Shown: in pieces, positions 1 through 9,192 of the stretch | How positions within the stretch are numbered: position 1 is the first letter of the stretch | How the letters are laid out: every line of letters begins with the position of its first letter | NCBI GenBank assembly: GCA_963678315.1 | Contig: OY782781.1 | Location: 2,496,001 to 2,560,000 of the forward strand | Length of the DNA: 64,000 nucleotides | Origin: Candidatus Cloacimonadales bacterium | GTDB taxonomy: Bacteria > Cloacimonadota > Cloacimonadia > Cloacimonadales > JAFGVF01 | Direction of reading: 5' to 3' | Position numbers and translations under genes: made by a program | Notes under the pieces: generated by a model | What the model was told of the DNA's origin: nothing | The model's database searches: none | The model's input: only the letters and a program-made list of their open reading frames with translations

Positions 1-8
1 TAATTCCA

Positions 9-791
9 TTACGCTTCATAATACACCCCTTCAGTAGAATGGTCAAAAATAAGTTTATATCCTTCCTTATTGACTTTATCTAAGATCATCTTCTTTGCCT
101 TAACAGTATCTCTTCGACACACATCATAAGCTGATGTTATAGGAATCTTCATAAACTTCTCAGAAGGTATTATATCTCCAGCGTAGATATATTTATCTTT
201 GCCATTACAAATAGTAACAATTTGCATACCTTCACTATGCCCTCCAACAAGAGATAATAACACATTTTCGGTTAGTTTATAGTCTCCATTAATAATATTA
301 ATATTACCAGTTTCTTCGAGCAGTTTAAGGTTATTCTCATAATCATAAGCAGCACTATTTAGTTCATCAGGAAACTTAGCAATAGTCCATTCTTTTTCCT
401 GAATATGATATCTTGCATTAGGAAAGGTAAGCTTGAAAACTTGTCCATATTTACTGACAATTCCACCTGCATGATCAAAATGGAGATGTGTCATCACAAC
501 ATCAGTTATCTCTAGAGTTGTAATATTGAATGCCTGCAAAACATCATCAAAGTCTTTGATATCAGCTTTAAAAATAGACATCATCTTCTCATTGAGTTTA
601 TTACCAATTCCTGTATCAACCAATATGGTTCTTCCCGCATCCTTAATAAGCAATAGATTTAAGTTTAACTTCATTCTATGTTTATCATCTACATGCAGAA
701 ATCTTCCCCATATAGAACGGGGAAGATTTCCAAAAGAAGCACCTGCATCTGTCCAAAAAGAACCAACAGTTACTATGTTTATCTTTGTCAT
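9..791 (-). CDS. MBL-fold metallo-hydrolase (YtnP-like)
   Basis: THLHFDHAGG (HxHxDH) motif, LVDTG, GGHS, YAGD; last gene of the rpmH operon. Confidence 0.85.
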   Translation of the reverse strand: MTKINIVTVGSFWTDAGASFGNLPRSIWGRFLHVDDKHRMKLNLNLLLIKDAGRTILVDTGIGNKLNEKMMSIFKADIKDFDDVLQAFNITTLEITDVVMTHLHFDHAGGIVSKYGQVFKLTFPNARYHIQEKEWTIAKFPDELNSAAYDYENNLKLLEETGNINIINGDYKLTENVLLSLVGGHSEGMQIVTICNGKDKYIYAGDIIPSEKFMKIPITSAYDVCRRDTVKAKKMILDKVNKEGYKLIFDHSTEGVYYEA

Positions 792-795
792 ATTA

Positions 796-1662
796 TTAAC
801 TTTCTTTTTTTACTTGATTACTAGTATTCCTTCTAGGTCTTCTATTAAAAGTCTTTTTCTTAGCCTCATTATTTGGCTTTGGTCTATTTTCGTTGTTGTT
901 TGCAACTCTCTTCTTAGGAGCGTTATTGTTGTTAATATTTTTCTTAGGAGCTGCATCTTTTACTGGACTAGTTTCTGGAGAATTAGGATCCCTTCTTTTT
1001 TTTGGAGGAATATAACTCCTTTTCCTAATCTTGCTTTGATCATAACCTTTAGGGAACACCACGATTCTTTTTCTCTTTCCATCACCTATAGTTAAAGTAC
1101 TTAAACTATCATTTTCATCAATGTATTGATGTAAGATTCTTCTTATATTAGGATCTAGAGGTTCTAATGTATATGGTTTTTGGTTAGCAACAACTTTATC
1201 AAATATTGGCATATATTTCTTTGTTATAGTTTCAGCTTGTCTTTTTTTATAATCATCAACATCAATATATATACGTTTTCTATTTTCACGAGTTTCAAAG
1301 ATTCTATTTACAAGGTATTGCATATTATTTAAGAATCTTGCTTCTTTCCCAATTAGGAAGCCAGCGTCGTCTGAACCAATAATATGATAAGTTACTGAAT
1401 CATTTTTTTCGTTAACATCAATATCAACATAGTCAACACCCATTTTTTCTAGTAGTCCTTTAATAAAAGCAAGAACTTTTTGTTTGTCTCCAAAAGAAAC
1501 AATTTTAATTGAAGCTTTTTTTCCACCAATAAATCCTAGGAATCCACTTTTACCTTCTTCAATAACTTCGTAATTAACATCATTTTTGTTAATATTATTT
1601 TCTTGGCAGAATTTCTTTAATATGCTTTCGACTGTACTTCCATTCAAAATTTTTGAATCCAT
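796..1662 (-). CDS. jag: Jag/EloR/KhpB RNA-binding protein (Jag_N, KH, R3H) with basic low-complexity tail
   Basis: EVIEEGKSGFLGFIG Jag N-terminus, LIGKEA KH loop, RRILHQ R3H motif; follows yidC. Confidence 0.9.
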   Translation of the reverse strand: MDSKILNGSTVESILKKFCQENNINKNDVNYEVIEEGKSGFLGFIGGKKASIKIVSFGDKQKVLAFIKGLLEKMGVDYVDIDVNEKNDSVTYHIIGSDDAGFLIGKEARFLNNMQYLVNRIFETRENRKRIYIDVDDYKKRQAETITKKYMPIFDKVVANQKPYTLEPLDPNIRRILHQYIDENDSLSTLTIGDGKRKRIVVFPKGYDQSKIRKRSYIPPKKRRDPNSPETSPVKDAAPKKNINNNNAPKKRVANNNENRPKPNNEAKKKTFNRRPRRNTSNQVKKES

Positions 1663-1663
1663 A

Positions 1664-3295
1664 CTATTGTCCTCTAAATTTTTTGTTAATATAATTTTGT
1701 TGGAATATACCTAGAATATTGAATACTGTCCAATATAAAACAAGGCCTGATGGTAAATTCTTGAATATGAAGAACATTATTACCGGCATAAAATATGCCA
1801 TCATCTTTTGACTTTGCATCATTGCTTCTTGTTTTTCGTCTAGGTCCTGATTACCTGTTTTTTGCTTTGCAAGCATCATCTTTTGCTGAATGAACATAAA
1901 TACACCCATAAGTATAGGCAATACAAAATAAGGGTCTGGAATTGATAAATCTTGTAACCAACCAACAAAAGATGCTCCTCTTAGTCCTAATGAATATCTA
2001 AGAGTAGGATAAAGTGCAAAGAATATTGGCATTTGAATAAGCATAGGGAGACATCCACCAAGAGTAGAAACTCCATGTTCTTTCATTACCTTACTTCTTT
2101 CTTGTTGCATCTTCATCGGATCACTTTTGTACTGTTTTTGAATAGCATTTAATTGTGGTTGTATTTGCTGCATTTTGGTACTGTTTTCAAAAGCCTTATG
2201 AGTTAATGGATACAGTATAACTTTCATTAATATTGCAAAGATAATAATCACTAAGCCATAATTAGGAATCACTTTTCCTAAATATTTAAAAACTATTTCA
2301 AAAAGTTTTGATAACCAGTGTAACCAAGTCCAAGATCTTTCAATAACTCTATCAAACTCTAAAGTAGAATCAAATTTATTAATAAACTCTGGATCTACTG
2401 GACCTAAATACATGTTGTATTTGTGTTGAGTATCATCGAAGTTTGCATCTTCGATTGATAGAGTAAAGGCTGGACTTTCATTTTCCATCCTAGCATTGTA
2501 TGTTTTTTTACCACTAATTTGATTTGAGAAAAGAGATATTACAAAATATTTTGACCTAACAGCAGCCCATTTAACTGACTGACTTTCACTATTTTGATTA
2601 GATTTCTTTAGTTTGTTTAAGTCATAAGATTCAATTTCATTGTTATCTAAAGAAATAAACTTATAATCTCTTGTCTTACCTTTAAAATAACTTTCAGGAT
2701 TTTTTTCTTTGTAAGAAAGATTCTCTGTATCAGTAATACCATTTACGTTGAAGGTATAGTCATCTTGGTATTCTTCACTTGAAAAATCAAGATTAAGGTC
2801 TAATTGATAATCTTCGTGTAAAACATATTCTTTTGAGAAGACTTCGTTACCGTCTTTATCATTTAAATAAAATCTTACACTATTTTTATTTTCTTCAAAC
2901 AAATACAAGTAATTATCTAATTTACCTTTGTCTAAATCAACTTTACCTAATACAGTATTAGTAGGAATTAATTGTACAATTTGTTCATCTGTAAGTTTAA
3001 AATTTTTTAATTTTGCACTTGTTATCACTGCATTTCTATTAGAGAAAGTTAACTCTAAAAAATCATTAGCTAAAGTTACAACCTTAGTAGTATCATCTTG
3101 AATAATGTCACCAGAAGCAATAACATTGCTTATTGGTTCATCTTTTGAGCTAACTTGCTCATTATTGTTGTTATCTTTAGTTTCTTCTGTCGCTGGTTTA
3201 GTCACATTCTTTTGCGGCTTCGGTATAATATAAGTATTGAATACCCAATATGTTAAAAACATAAGTGCTATTGCTAGTAGGGTTTTCCTATTCAA
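1664..3295 (-). CDS. yidC: Membrane protein insertase YidC
   Basis: NYGLVII..ILYPL, GGCLPMLIQMPIFFALY, WLQDLSIPDP, LPSGLVLYW motifs; TTG start. Confidence 0.95.
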   Translation of the reverse strand: MNRKTLLAIALMFLTYWVFNTYIIPKPQKNVTKPATEETKDNNNNEQVSSKDEPISNVIASGDIIQDDTTKVVTLANDFLELTFSNRNAVITSAKLKNFKLTDEQIVQLIPTNTVLGKVDLDKGKLDNYLYLFEENKNSVRFYLNDKDGNEVFSKEYVLHEDYQLDLNLDFSSEEYQDDYTFNVNGITDTENLSYKEKNPESYFKGKTRDYKFISLDNNEIESYDLNKLKKSNQNSESQSVKWAAVRSKYFVISLFSNQISGKKTYNARMENESPAFTLSIEDANFDDTQHKYNMYLGPVDPEFINKFDSTLEFDRVIERSWTWLHWLSKLFEIVFKYLGKVIPNYGLVIIIFAILMKVILYPLTHKAFENSTKMQQIQPQLNAIQKQYKSDPMKMQQERSKVMKEHGVSTLGGCLPMLIQMPIFFALYPTLRYSLGLRGASFVGWLQDLSIPDPYFVLPILMGVFMFIQQKMMLAKQKTGNQDLDEKQEAMMQSQKMMAYFMPVIMFFIFKNLPSGLVLYWTVFNILGIFQQNYINKKFRGQ

Positions 3296-3307
3296 AATTT
3301 TCCTCCA

Positions 3308-3577
3308 TTATTTCAAAGGGTCATAACCACCTGGGTGGAATGGATGGCATTTTAGAATTCTTTTAGTAGATAAGTATGTTGCATAAAAAAAGTTGTATTT
3401 TCTAAATGCCTGTAATGCATAGCTAGAACATGTAGGAGTAAATCTACATGTTTGGGGTAAAAGGGGTGAAATATAAATTTTATACACTTTGATAATAATA
3501 AGTACACTTAAATTTATACATTTAGTTGTTTTATGAGCAATGTTTTTCAAGCTTCTTAAAAACGTAATCAAGCTCAC
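3308..3577 (-). CDS. yidD: Membrane protein insertion efficiency factor YidD (true start may be downstream)
   Basis: [19 protein letters not shown] and [15 protein letters not shown] motifs. Confidence 0.93.
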   Translation of the reverse strand: MSLITFLRSLKNIAHKTTKCINLSVLIIIKVYKIYISPLLPQTCRFTPTCSSYALQAFRKYNFFYATYLSTKRILKCHPFHPGGYDPLK

Positions 3578-3899
3578 TTTTAAAATCTCTCCATGTTATC
3601 TTTGATGAATCAGAAAGCGCTATAATATTTATCATTGTCCCATTAACTTCTGTAGTAAGTTCATTTCTAAGATAAGCTCTAACTCTTCGTTTAATCCTAT
3701 TTCTAATCACTGCATTCCCTATTTTTTTAGTCACAGTTATCCCAATAGATAAAAAAGAAGATTCTGTGTCATGAAGACACAGAACTAAAAATCTTTTAGA
3801 TGAAACCTTCTTTCTTGCATTGTAGAATTTTAAGTATTGCTTTCTATCTTTAATAAACTTAAACAGTGAGTCTTTTTCTGCCTTTAGCTCTTCTTGCAT
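3531..3899 (-). CDS. rnpA: Ribonuclease P protein component (start uncertain)
   Basis: [25 protein letters not shown] motif; lies between rpmH and yidD. Confidence 0.92.
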   Translation of the reverse strand: MQEELKAEKDSLFKFIKDRKQYLKFYNARKKVSSKRFLVLCLHDTESSFLSIGITVTKKIGNAVIRNRIKRRVRAYLRNELTTEVNGTMINIIALSDSSKITWRDFKSELDYVFKKLEKHCS

Positions 3900-3993
3900 T
3901 CAATACTCTTCTACCGTTTGCTGTACTCATGCGAGAACGGAAACCGTGTTTGTTCTTTCTTTTTCTGTTATGAGGTTGATATGTTCTTTTCAT
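3859..3993 (-). CDS. rpmH: 50S ribosomal protein L34 (not in ORF track)
   Basis: Manual translation [53 protein letters not shown] upstream. Confidence 0.98.
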   Translation of the reverse strand: MKRTYQPHNRKRKNKHGFRSRMSTANGRRVLNARRAKGRKRLTV

Positions 3994-4271
3994 CTCATTC
4001 TCCTTCTCTATTTAATATATTTTTTATCGTTTTATTTCAAGTTATGTAATTTTCTTAGGTCTGGCAAATATGTCAAGAAAAAATGATTATCTCTTGACTT
4101 ACTTAACAATAGCACTTTTAAAGTGTTTAACAGAACAAATCAATATAGTACTTATAAATACTTATTATGATTATTTTTAAGTGTTTTACTAATAACTAAG
4201 AATTTATTTCAAAATGTAGAATTAACTAGTATTAATACAATTTCTTAACCTAGAAATATTTTTAAGTCAGA

Positions 4272-6179
4272 TTATTTTCTATTTTCTCCTATCTTGACAA
4301 GAAGTAGCTCAAATATCAACAGAGTGACTAAAGCAATTAATATATATTTAACTATTTCAAAGTTGTTACTATCACTAAAAATATCATTTCTCCAATCTTT
4401 AGTTTTGCTAATTTCTTCATTATTAATGTTGCTATTTGCTTTACTTTCTTCAAAATGTTTATCTTGAAGATTTACAGCAATATATTTAATGCTTCCATTA
4501 TTTAAAAGCAATTTATAAATTCCTGTTTGTTCATACTGATAATAAGTTGTAGTCACATCTATATCATTGATTTTTTTTATATTGCTAGCATCAATCTGAC
4601 TAAGTACGCTTTCAGAACTAATCTGTATTTTACTCTCACTAAGAGATTCAAGTATTTTATTGAATATAACTGGATATGAAGAATCAATTACAAAATCATT
4701 GTTTTCTCCAAAAAACATATAGAAGCGCTTATCTTTTTTATATAGTATTGGTCTATTTTCATTGCTTAGTAAGTTATTACTTTGCTCTGCTATTCTAGCA
4801 TCTATTACATCATTAAAATACAAATTACTCATAGATTCTTTTGAAACATTCTGAAGTATTTCATCGTAAATATTAACCTTGTTTGGACTAAGCTGTAAAA
4901 ATTTATCTGATAGTATTTCAATTTTTTCTTTCTTGAAAAGTTGTGTCTCTGATAGCCCTTTATTGTTAGCAACTAGCCATAAAAAACCTTTATCTCTTTC
5001 GTTTAAATAATCAATAGCAGCATCAATGTTTGATGATATTGATGTTAGCTTGTTGAATATAATTACATCAAAATCTTTAATCAGATTATTGTTAACTAAG
5101 TCTGGATTCAAATAAGAAATATTACTAGTATTTCCTGCAAAAATCTCTAACATTGTTTTATAAGGTAGAGCTAGTTGAGACTCTGTAACTACTGCTATCT
5201 TAGGTGCTAAATTATAATAGAAACTAAAGTAATACCTATTATCAAAAGTCAGTTCTTCATCTTGAATCTCTATATAACCCTTCTGCCAACCACTATTTTC
5301 GAGTTGTATGGAAAAGTGATCTTCAATAGTTTTATTGCCTTCAATTGAAATAAATTTATCTATTTTCCTATCATTTAATTTAACTCTGACTAATTGATCC
5401 TTAAAAGCTTTAAGACAGTGATTATGCACAGAATATGTCAAATCTAGAAACTTATTCCCTTTCCTAGTCACAATCGATGCTTCATTGATTGAACATGATA
5501 AATTCTTCCATTTTTCTCTGTTATATATTGGTATTGATAGAATATCATCTAGAGAATCTAGCTTTGAAATAGGCTCATTAAAATCACTAATAAGTATTAT
5601 CCGATTATTAACTGTTTTTGATTCTTTGAAATCTTTCTTAGCTTGCGAGATAAGACTATCAATTGGCACAGTATCAAAGCTTACTTTAATAGAGGATAAG
5701 AGACTATCTGACAGTGATCCATTGTGGAATTTGCTAGCTAACAGATTATGATCTTTAGTATAAATTCTTATAAAGTCATCTGCTTCTAACTCATTATTTA
5801 TTTCTTTTAGGATATCCTTCAGTTTATCTAGATTAGATTCCTCATCCTCATAAAAATCCATACTAATAGAATTATCAGCTATAATAGATAAGCTTGTAGG
5901 GGCATGATAGTTAGAAGAAACAGACCCAAAACCTGAAATTAGCGGTCTTGCAAATGCTAAACAAACCAGTAGGATTATTATTATTCTAATTATAAGTAAG
6001 AGAATATTTATAAGGTTAATTTTACTTTTTTTTTCTTTTTGACTCTGTGTTATAAATCTAATTGAACTGAAGATAACTTGTTGAGGTCTTTTCTTTGCAA
6101 AGAAATAAATCAACAAGGGAATCAATGCTGCAAGTCCAGCTATTAAAAAACCAGTATTCAAGAAAGATAAAGAGAACAA
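4272..6179 (-). CDS. BatA-type N-terminal double-TM domain protein with vWA-like domain and C-terminal TM anchor
   Basis: FLN..L..L....IPLLI..F.S.RF...LL.LLIIR....FARP pattern; DNSIS (DxSxS MIDAS) and ILISDF; DNRYYF. Confidence 0.75.
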   Translation of the reverse strand: MFSLSFLNTGFLIAGLAALIPLLIYFFAKKRPQQVIFSSIRFITQSQKEKKSKINLINILLLIIRIIIILLVCLAFARPLISGFGSVSSNYHAPTSLSIIADNSISMDFYEDEESNLDKLKDILKEINNELEADDFIRIYTKDHNLLASKFHNGSLSDSLLSSIKVSFDTVPIDSLISQAKKDFKESKTVNNRIILISDFNEPISKLDSLDDILSIPIYNREKWKNLSCSINEASIVTRKGNKFLDLTYSVHNHCLKAFKDQLVRVKLNDRKIDKFISIEGNKTIEDHFSIQLENSGWQKGYIEIQDEELTFDNRYYFSFYYNLAPKIAVVTESQLALPYKTMLEIFAGNTSNISYLNPDLVNNNLIKDFDVIIFNKLTSISSNIDAAIDYLNERDKGFLWLVANNKGLSETQLFKKEKIEILSDKFLQLSPNKVNIYDEILQNVSKESMSNLYFNDVIDARIAEQSNNLLSNENRPILYKKDKRFYMFFGENNDFVIDSSYPVIFNKILESLSESKIQISSESVLSQIDASNIKKINDIDVTTTYYQYEQTGIYKLLLNNGSIKYIAVNLQDKHFEESKANSNINNEEISKTKDWRNDIFSDSNNFEIVKYILIALVTLLIFELLLVKIGENRK

Positions 6180-6180
6180 G

Positions 6181-7185
6181 TTACATTCCTAAAGTTACTG
6201 AAAATAAATAGTCTGTATTATTTAATACAAAGCCATGAGAGATACCAGAAAAGTTAACAGTAAACATGCTTACAGTGTAGCCTAAGCCGAATGTATAATT
6301 AATATCATCCATACTTTTAAAGTCATCACTATACATACCTGTTTTGAAACCTAAAGTTTGTTCATAAACCTTGCCGAAACCTAAAGAATAACTATATCCT
6401 AGATGATAAGTTTGATAATCTTGATTCCTAAATCTCCCTTGTGTAGCCATTGTAAAAGTAGAAGATTCATTTTTATAACCAATTCCTGCAGAGTATCTTT
6501 TACGTAAATGATCATTACTTCTACCACTCCAATATAATCTAGAAATCACATCATAAAATGAAATTCCATAAATCATGCTATCTTGAATATATGATAGGCC
6601 TAAATCAACTGAGTATCCTGTCACAGAATCATCAACAAATTCTTGGTCTTCCCAATGATTTCCTATTTTTTCTTCTTGGTGATAGACCTGTCTGCCATCA
6701 ATTAGTTTTAGATTAAAGCCAAGTTTTAATTTTTGATAATCTTCATCTTCAGCAGCTAACGAGATTGAATAAGCATTCATATATAAGTCATGGTATGTTT
6801 TTAATGTATCATTCTCCACATTACTATTAATATTCATTACTGGCTGATAAGAAGCTGCAAATTTCTTAGTTGAAAAAGTATAGTAAACAAATTGCTTTTC
6901 ATGAAGTAGATAATTGGGGTTTAAAAGAGAAGCAACATTTTCATCTTCCATTCTTCTTGATCTAAATGAAGCTGTAATATAGCTCTGACTCCTTAAATTA
7001 AGTAATGCCGGATTATCATAAGCAACACCATAGTCTTCAGCAAAAACCTGATTAATCCCTCCTAAAGATATCCCAACAGTTGATATGTGTCTATCTGGTG
7101 TATGCCAATCTAAATCGATTTTTGGATATGCACTCAAGCCTTGGAATAAACAAAAGATTGCAAATAACCATGCCACCCTTTTCAT
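6181..7185 (-). CDS. Outer-membrane beta-barrel, PorV/UPF0164/FadL-like
   Basis: Signal peptide; SLGG....AED...AYDNPALL plug motif; amphipathic beta strands; C-terminal FSVTLGM. Confidence 0.6.
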   Translation of the reverse strand: MKRVAWLFAIFCLFQGLSAYPKIDLDWHTPDRHISTVGISLGGINQVFAEDYGVAYDNPALLNLRSQSYITASFRSRRMEDENVASLLNPNYLLHEKQFVYYTFSTKKFAASYQPVMNINSNVENDTLKTYHDLYMNAYSISLAAEDEDYQKLKLGFNLKLIDGRQVYHQEEKIGNHWEDQEFVDDSVTGYSVDLGLSYIQDSMIYGISFYDVISRLYWSGRSNDHLRKRYSAGIGYKNESSTFTMATQGRFRNQDYQTYHLGYSYSLGFGKVYEQTLGFKTGMYSDDFKSMDDINYTFGLGYTVSMFTVNFSGISHGFVLNNTDYLFSVTLGM

Positions 7186-7188
7186 ATT

Positions 7189-7809
7189 TTACAACTCCCT
7201 TCTTTTTCTTGATACAAGAAAGTTAACTATTACCATTAATATAGATGCTATCAAAATCTTTGTTGTTAAGCTTGGACTATCTTGCATAATAGTTGAAGCT
7301 ATTAACGATGATATTACAGGTGCTCCAACGGTAAAATACTTAGCTGCCCTTTTCTGATTAAACACAACCACCATTATAGTAGATAGAAAGCCAACTATCA
7401 GCATCGTTACAGGTGCAAAATAGCCAATATATCCAGCAAAAGTAAAGATACCTCTTCCACCTCTAAATTTGTTATATACAGGGAAGCAATGCCCTAGAAT
7501 CAAGAAAAAACCATATATAAATAAGAGATTATCAGAGCAATATAACTCGCTTTTAAAAATTAGTTTAGTTAAATATTCTATTAAAAATAAAAAGACACAG
7601 ATCTTTACAATATCAACAATTCCTACAAACACACCTAGAGTTCTATTTACATTCGAATAAATATTTTCTGTATCAAGATGGCCTGAACCAACTTTAGAAA
7701 GTTTAATATTTTTGAAAACTTTAGCTACAACTCTTGCTGCTGAGAATAAGCCAGCTATATAGCCAATTAGACATATACTACATATTATTAAAATATCAGT
7801 GATAGACAT
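7189..7809 (-). CDS. plsY: Glycerol-3-phosphate acyltransferase PlsY
   Basis: GSGHL.TENIY, DIVK, GHCFPVYNKFRGGRGI motifs; hydrophobic. Confidence 0.85.
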   Translation of the reverse strand: MSITDILIICSICLIGYIAGLFSAARVVAKVFKNIKLSKVGSGHLDTENIYSNVNRTLGVFVGIVDIVKICVFLFLIEYLTKLIFKSELYCSDNLLFIYGFFLILGHCFPVYNKFRGGRGIFTFAGYIGYFAPVTMLIVGFLSTIMVVVFNQKRAAKYFTVGAPVISSLIASTIMQDSPSLTTKILIASILMVIVNFLVSRKRREL

Positions 7810-7818
7810 TTTTTCTCC

Positions 7819-8517
7819 TTAATTATAATTTCTTGCCCCAAATATCGCAGATCCAATTCTTACAATATTTGCCCCTTCCTCGATTGCAACCTCGAAATCA
7901 TGCGTCATGCCCATTGATAAATAGTCCATATCGACATTCTGGAGCTCTGCTTTCTTAATGTTATCAAATATACTTTTTAGTGTCCTGAAATATGGCCTAG
8001 TTACCTCAGGATCTGGATTGAATAGACCAATAGTCATTAATCCTTTTATTTTTATATTTGGAAGTTGAGATATTTTTTCCACTAAATCATAAACTTCTTT
8101 TTCTCCAGCTCCTGATTTACTATTCTCTTGAGTTATATTAACCTGAACAAGAATATCTTGCAGGACATTATGTTTCTCACAATATTTGGATAATTTTTCA
8201 GCTGTGGAATATTTATCTATTGAATGTATTAGGCTTGGTTTTAAAGGTATCAAATCTTTGATTTTGTTAGATTGAAGGTGTCCAATAAAATGAAATTCCT
8301 CATATAAACCAGCAAGCAAGGGAAGCTTATTCTTAGAATCTTGTATTTTATTTTCACCAATATATTTAGCTCCTGCAGCTAGTGCTTCTTTAACAACTTC
8401 TGCTGGGTGTGTCTTTGTCACAGTAATTAATTTTACTGAGTTAGGTGATTTATTCAGTTTAATACAACATTGCTTTATCTTTTCTTCAATATTCTTGTAG
8501 TTTTCTGTTATACTCAT
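7819..8517 (-). CDS. yggS: PLP homeostasis protein YggS/PROSC
   Basis: [47 protein letters not shown]; start chosen from GGAG RBS spacing (ORF track starts at 8529). Confidence 0.93.
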   Translation of the reverse strand: MSITENYKNIEEKIKQCCIKLNKSPNSVKLITVTKTHPAEVVKEALAAGAKYIGENKIQDSKNKLPLLAGLYEEFHFIGHLQSNKIKDLIPLKPSLIHSIDKYSTAEKLSKYCEKHNVLQDILVQVNITQENSKSGAGEKEVYDLVEKISQLPNIKIKGLMTIGLFNPDPEVTRPYFRTLKSIFDNIKKAELQNVDMDYLSMGMTHDFEVAIEEGANIVRIGSAIFGARNYN

Positions 8518-8690
8518 TTTATTCTCCATTCTTAATCAAATATTTATTCGATTACATTCATCTTATAAGTTAAACATATTTTTTATAGTCTAATGTCAAT
8601 AAAAATATAATTGAGAGTTAGAATAACCCATTTTTTAAAGTTTGGATGACTGTCTTATTGACATTTTCAATAAGCAGACAAGAGTCACTC

Positions 8691-9192
8691 TGTCTTCATT
8701 ATCAATTGTCTATTATAAATTCATCCTCACATTCCACACGATTGAAATCATAGGTTCAGAGGAGATATGTTCTTCCAGGACGATACAATCTCTTAGCGTA
8801 AGCATGAACTATCTTGTTCAGCATAACGGCGGATGCTTGCACTCCTTTTTCTGAGACGTTTTTCCAAACGTCTCTACAAATTCAAATTCACTTATAACTA
8901 CCTTCTAAGTGAAGCCAGCACGGAGGCTGGCGATCCCAGTATGTCTTCATTATCAATTGTCTATTATAAATTCATCCTCACATTCCACACGATTGAAATC
9001 ATAGGCTCAGAGGAGATATATTCTTCCAGGACGATACAATCTCTTAGCGTAAGCGTAAGCATGAACTTTCTTGTTCAGCCTAACGGCGGATGCTTACACT
9101 CCTTTTTCTGAGACGTTTTTCCAAACGTCTCTACAAATTCAAATTCACTTATAACTACGTTCTAAGTGAAGCCAGCACGGAGGCTGGCGTTC
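8691..9192. repeat. Tandem duplication of a ~251-bp composite palindromic repeat unit (8691-8941, 8942-9192)
   Basis: Near-identical copies (a few substitutions, one 6-nt GCGTAA duplication), each ending in GCCAGCACGGAGGCTGGCG(A/T)TC. Confidence 0.95.

Noticed and set aside
526..1095. Antisense ORFs overlapping known genes (for example 526-1095, 5485-5751, 14009-14296, 42728-43099)
   Set aside because: These are shadow frames of well-supported genes on the opposite strand.
3994..4271. oriC/dnaA upstream of rpmH
   Set aside because: No dnaA gene and no TTATCCACA-type box cluster seen; it is only an AT-rich promoter region.
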